NCBI RefSeq assembly: GCF_000143415.4
Contig: NW_003314308.1
Coordinates: 819,769 to 883,768 of the forward strand
Reading direction: 5' to 3'
Source of the DNA: Selaginella moellendorffii
Taxonomy: Eukaryota; Plantae; Lycopodiophyta
DNA length: 64,000 nt
Shown: positions 60,107 through 64,000 of the stretch, piece by piece
Layout: every line of letters begins with the position of its first letter
How positions within the stretch are numbered: position 1 is the first letter of the stretch
The notes under the pieces: generated by a model
Seen by the model: only the letters and a program-made list of their open reading frames with translations
Database searches by the model: none
What the model was told of the DNA's origin: nothing
Program-made: the position numbers and the translations under genes

Positions 60107-61123
60107 GTGTTTGTAAGTTTAAAAATGCCTCAACCACTTAAATTCCCAAGTAAATACTTGGCGATGCTTGTTGCCAAAGGCATATTTGAAACGGTTACAC
60201 TTGGCTTTCTCATGGTTGGGCACACTCATGAAGACGTCGATGCCATGTTCAATCACCTGGCAGAGTCCCTCCGGCGATCCAATGTCCTCACCCTCCCACA
60301 ACTCTACGATGAATTCCAAAATTGCATCAAAGGCACTGTTGAAGCTGCACTTCTGACAGAGGTTCTAGACTTTAAGGGGTTTGTAAGAGGCTACATCAGG
60401 GACGGATCCGAAACGCTGATTGGCCACTCCAAGCCTCTTCAATTTCATTTCAGCATGCATGACGGTGCTCCAGTGATGAGGTACAAGATGAGAGAATGGG
60501 ACACAATGTGGCTGCCAGTGGACGGCATTGAACTCTTCAAGAGAGATCCCATAACTGGGGAACCTATGATTCCTCAGGGTTCCCCACGGCCGATGCACCC
60601 GGATGGACTCAAAGACCAGCAAAGTATAGTGGCCGGGATTAGACAGCATATTGCCTTCTGGAAGAGGGGGTTGGTGTTTGGTGGAGAATCCTATTTTCAG
60701 AGGTGCAAGCCTTTGCTCGAATACTCGAAGAAGATTATATCTGCTATCCAAAATGGGCCGGTTGTATATGAAGAATTGAAAGAGTCCTTTTGGCCAGAAC
60801 CCAGAGCACCAGATAGTAGCGGAACAATGTCCTCTGGAAATGCAGTGACAGATAACGATGTTGAGGATCACTATTGTGGGCTGAGGAACAAGAAGCCGGA
60901 TTCAGCATTCAATCCAGTACAGGTCTGCAAAGGAATGGTCGTGCTTGTCAGACCCAGTAATAAAAAACAAATGATATGGGTGGGACGCTGCATCACTGAT
61001 GCAGAGGAGGACGCGGAAACTAACTCCTTCAATGTAACTGTGGAGTGGTTCAAGCCAAGTTCCGGATATATGAAGGATTGCCTAGAAAAGAGATGGGTGT
61101 TGAATCCAACAAAGATGATGTGA
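60107..61123 (+). CDS. C-terminal part of a DDD/E transposase (Sola1-like), 5' portion deleted
   Basis: TLGFLMVGHTHEDVDAMF motif and a C-terminal beta-rich segment (GMVVLVRP...IWVGR...VEWF). The upstream catalytic motifs are absent. Confidence 0.7.
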   Translation: MFVSLKMPQPLKFPSKYLAMLVAKGIFETVTLGFLMVGHTHEDVDAMFNHLAESLRRSNVLTLPQLYDEFQNCIKGTVEAALLTEVLDFKGFVRGYIRDGSETLIGHSKPLQFHFSMHDGAPVMRYKMREWDTMWLPVDGIELFKRDPITGEPMIPQGSPRPMHPDGLKDQQSIVAGIRQHIAFWKRGLVFGGESYFQRCKPLLEYSKKIISAIQNGPVVYEELKESFWPEPRAPDSSGTMSSGNAVTDNDVEDHYCGLRNKKPDSAFNPVQVCKGMVVLVRPSNKKQMIWVGRCITDAEEDAETNSFNVTVEWFKPSSGYMKDCLEKRWVLNPTKMM

Positions 61124-62223
61124 CATATGCATTTACCAATCACACGTGCATAAATCTAATAATATGGCGTGTGGCCCATATTAATGGCACATAAACCCAT
61201 ATTGTGGGCTTATGTGCTTTATGTACCATCATTCCCTTGTAGCGTGTGTGTTGGTTTCCTTTTATAACACAACGAACTCCATATTTTAGGGTGAAGAGCG
61301 TTCTCATGGCAAGCACAAAATCTGTAAGTGAGGCAGAAAAGGAGACGGAGAAGGAGATAGGTGAAGATGTAGAATATATAAGTCTTCCAAACTCCCCGTA
61401 CTATACTCCAGGTGATCATTTTTCTGAACAAACGGCAACATTAACAACTATCGAGAACGCCCCAATAACGTCAGTGACAACAATCCAAAGTAAAACAACT
61501 GACCCGGAGAAGGATGATAGTACCGCTGAGAGTACCAAAAAGGAGGTGTCCACTAGCGCTTAGGCTTATAATGGCGTGTGCCCTCATGCCATTTACTTGA
61601 TCACCAAATACCTTTTTCCCTTTGCACTAGTATATCTTAATACCGGTCTGAGAAATAGAATGGCATGTGCCCTCAGGCCTTTTACTAAATCACCTTTGAA
61701 AGAAATGCAAACCTCTATGTCGTAAAGAAAAGGTACTAGAGAAATTCCTTAATAATATGAATGTTATTTAGTTTCATGAAAATACACTAAGGGTCAAATG
61801 AGTTAAATGACTTCTCCAGACTAGCAATGCCTCTTGCTACACCTTCACAATTAGATTCGTTAGAAAAAGATAACATTGAATAATATCTAAATGTTCTCAC
61901 CATTAAGTTATATGTCTGGCTAATAGGAATGACATTCATCTTGGAAAGCTCACCACACGCTCAATGAACAAACAAATAATGTGTGCGCGCATGCCATCAC
62001 TCTTCTTTAGCTTCAGATTCGGCTTGTTCACCTTGACAATGAGATTTATTATACAACCAGATGGACTCAGTCTGGACACAAAGTCACCGCGCTAGTCACC
62101 ATGCCCCAGATATGTCTAGCCCCTGGACAAAAAACATATAATTTCACGTCATTTTCAAATACTTGAAAATTTGTACCTAGTCCCATTTTACTGAATAAAT
62201 CCCACTTTAAAGAAATAAAGCTT

Positions 62224-64000
62224 ATATCTAGTTCGACAGATTGTCTTCTTGACATCTTCCTCTGCTACCCTGATCTGGTAGTATCCTGACCTCAGGTCAA
62301 TCCTCGAGAAGTATTTTGCCTTTCCCAACCTATCGAATAGGTCCTCAATCCTTGGCAAAGGGTACTTATTCTTCTTTGTATACTTGTTGAGCAACCGGTA
62401 GTCTATGCACATGCACATAGATCCATCTTTCTTTTTCACAAATAACACTGGTGCCCCATACGGTGACTTGCTCAACCTAACATACCTTTTGTCCACCAAC
62501 TCGTCTAGTTGGCGCTTGAGCTCTTCGAGTTCTTTTTCGTTCAAACAATAGGGAGGACGAACCACCGCCTCAGCACCTTCGACCAGCTCAATCTTATGTT
62601 CTATCGGTCGTGCGGGGGGCAACCCTGCCGGTAACTCCTCCGGCATGGTATCCTGGAATTGGTCCAACACCCGTTGGATCACTAAAGGTACTTCTTCCGG
62701 TACTGTCTTTTTGTTACTCTTCACCGAGAGTAAGCACAAAAATGCTGCCTTAGTTCCTTTAATGAGTGGTCCTCTTGTGGACACCAGGTTTAAGCAGGAA
62801 TCTTTGGCCTTGCTTTGCCCTACCTTTAGATCCTGGGCCTCCACCCTAAATCTTCTTCCTTGGGCATTCGCCAGTACCACAAGGTTCCTACCTTGTCCAT
62901 GTAGGGCTACCACGAACCGATTGAACCAATCCATTCCGAAGATCATGTCAAATCCCACCATGTCCAACACGGTGAAATCCATGTCTACTTTCCATGTCCC
63001 TACTTGGACTCTCGCTTGTCGAAGTACCTCATCGGTGCTTTGGCTACCTTGAACACACTCTATAGTCCTTGGTTTGCCTAGCCACTGCACCGTTAGTCCG
63101 GCTTGCCGGACTATATCTGCAACCACAAAATTATCCGAAGCACCCGTGTCAATAAGGATCTTAACAATGCTACCTCCGAGCTTCCCTCGGAGGGCTAGTA
63201 GATGTCGCGAACGACTCTCTACCAAAGTTGCCCGTGTAATGAGTAACTTTGAGTTAGGGACTGAATCACATACCTCAGTTTGGACTTCATCCGACTTGAT
63301 AGCCATATTGGCTCTGGCCTTCTTCGGGTAGGGACATTCCCTCAAAAAGTGTCCCGCTTTGCCGCAGTTGTAGCATACGTTGTTTTCCACGCTGCTATAT
63401 GACTTGACCTTCTTATCCGTGGGTTTGTCTCTTTTTGCTTGACTCCCCCACGTACTCACTCGCTGGCCACCGGATTTGCCTTTCCGAAACCCCGAGGACT
63501 CATTCTTAGAGAAACTCTTCTTGAATTTCCCTTTGCTATACGTTCCCCTTGGTTTGGCCCCTTTGCTAAACGTGGACCCCAACCCCATCCCTATCGTGTT
63601 CCCCTTTAGCAGGTTATTGTTGAAATGCACTTTGATGGCCGCATCCAACACTTCCTTGTAGTTGGTTAGGTTCTAACGCATCACCTCACCGCAAGCCCAG
63701 GTTTGCAAACCTGATATGAAGGCATGGAACGCATCCATATCCCCCATGTCTGTAACAAGTATCCTTTTTGCCATAAACCCATTCACATACTTCTGAATGG
63801 TTCCAGTCTGCTTCAGCCTACTCAGCTTGTCCCTTAGATGTAGAGTACCATTCGGAGGAACGTAAGTCGCACAGAACCTCGCCTTCATCATTTCCTAAGT
63901 GGCCACCAGTCCTTCGTTGGCCTCTATCATTCTCCACCAAGACTTGGCATTATCTGCCAAGTATGGTTTTGCACATGGGACCTTCTCTGAGCTCGGTAAC
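62224..64000 (-). mobile_element. Gypsy element B, upstream part (gag, zinc knuckle, protease, RT N-terminus)
   Basis: [60 protein letters not shown]. Runs off the window. Confidence 0.95.

Larger units (their letters stand above)
52221..62223. mobile_element. 10,003-bp TIR DNA transposon, Sola1-like, with cargo genes
   Basis: TIRs aagctctatttcgttaaagtggga / reverse complement aagctttatttctttaaagtggga. ATAT duplicated at 52217-52220 and 62224-62227. Removing it restores the Gypsy RT frame CRTRY-GRFEF. The superfamily assignment is less certain than the boundaries. Confidence 0.88.

Overview
Plant nuclear DNA. The very short introns (about 50-70 bp), compact gene spacing and a PPR gene made of long runs of 31-aa repeats suggest a lycophyte such as Selaginella (inference only). 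Bases 1-27,000 are gene-dense: a PLS/E-type PPR, three copies of a secreted unknown-domain + bulb-lectin gene (one intact, two broken), a germin-like protein, LCAT4-like, PMEI-PME, tRNA-Pro(TGG), a divergent FolD tail-to-tail with pterin aldehyde reductase, two convergent D-type cyclins and a LOTUS-domain gene relic. Bases 27,000-64,000 are a nested transposon island: Gypsy/chromovirus pieces, a 7.2-kb non-coding LTR element (LARD), TRIMs and a MULE-like element (GCM/WRKY-DDE-SWIM transposase plus Ulp1-like gene). The main find is a precisely bounded 10,003-bp TIR DNA transposon (52221-62223, ATAT target duplication, Sola1-like transposase remnant). Its cargo is a ParB/Srx-like domain, a degenerate DNA amino-methyltransferase-like fold and an FCP1/HAD phosphatase. 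About 15 copies of a 22-bp palindrome (ATGGCRTG-N6-CAYGCCAT) are spread along it and were not seen elsewhere in the window, which suggests a parS/ParB-like self-recognition system. All domain calls are by-eye motif recognition; no searches were run.
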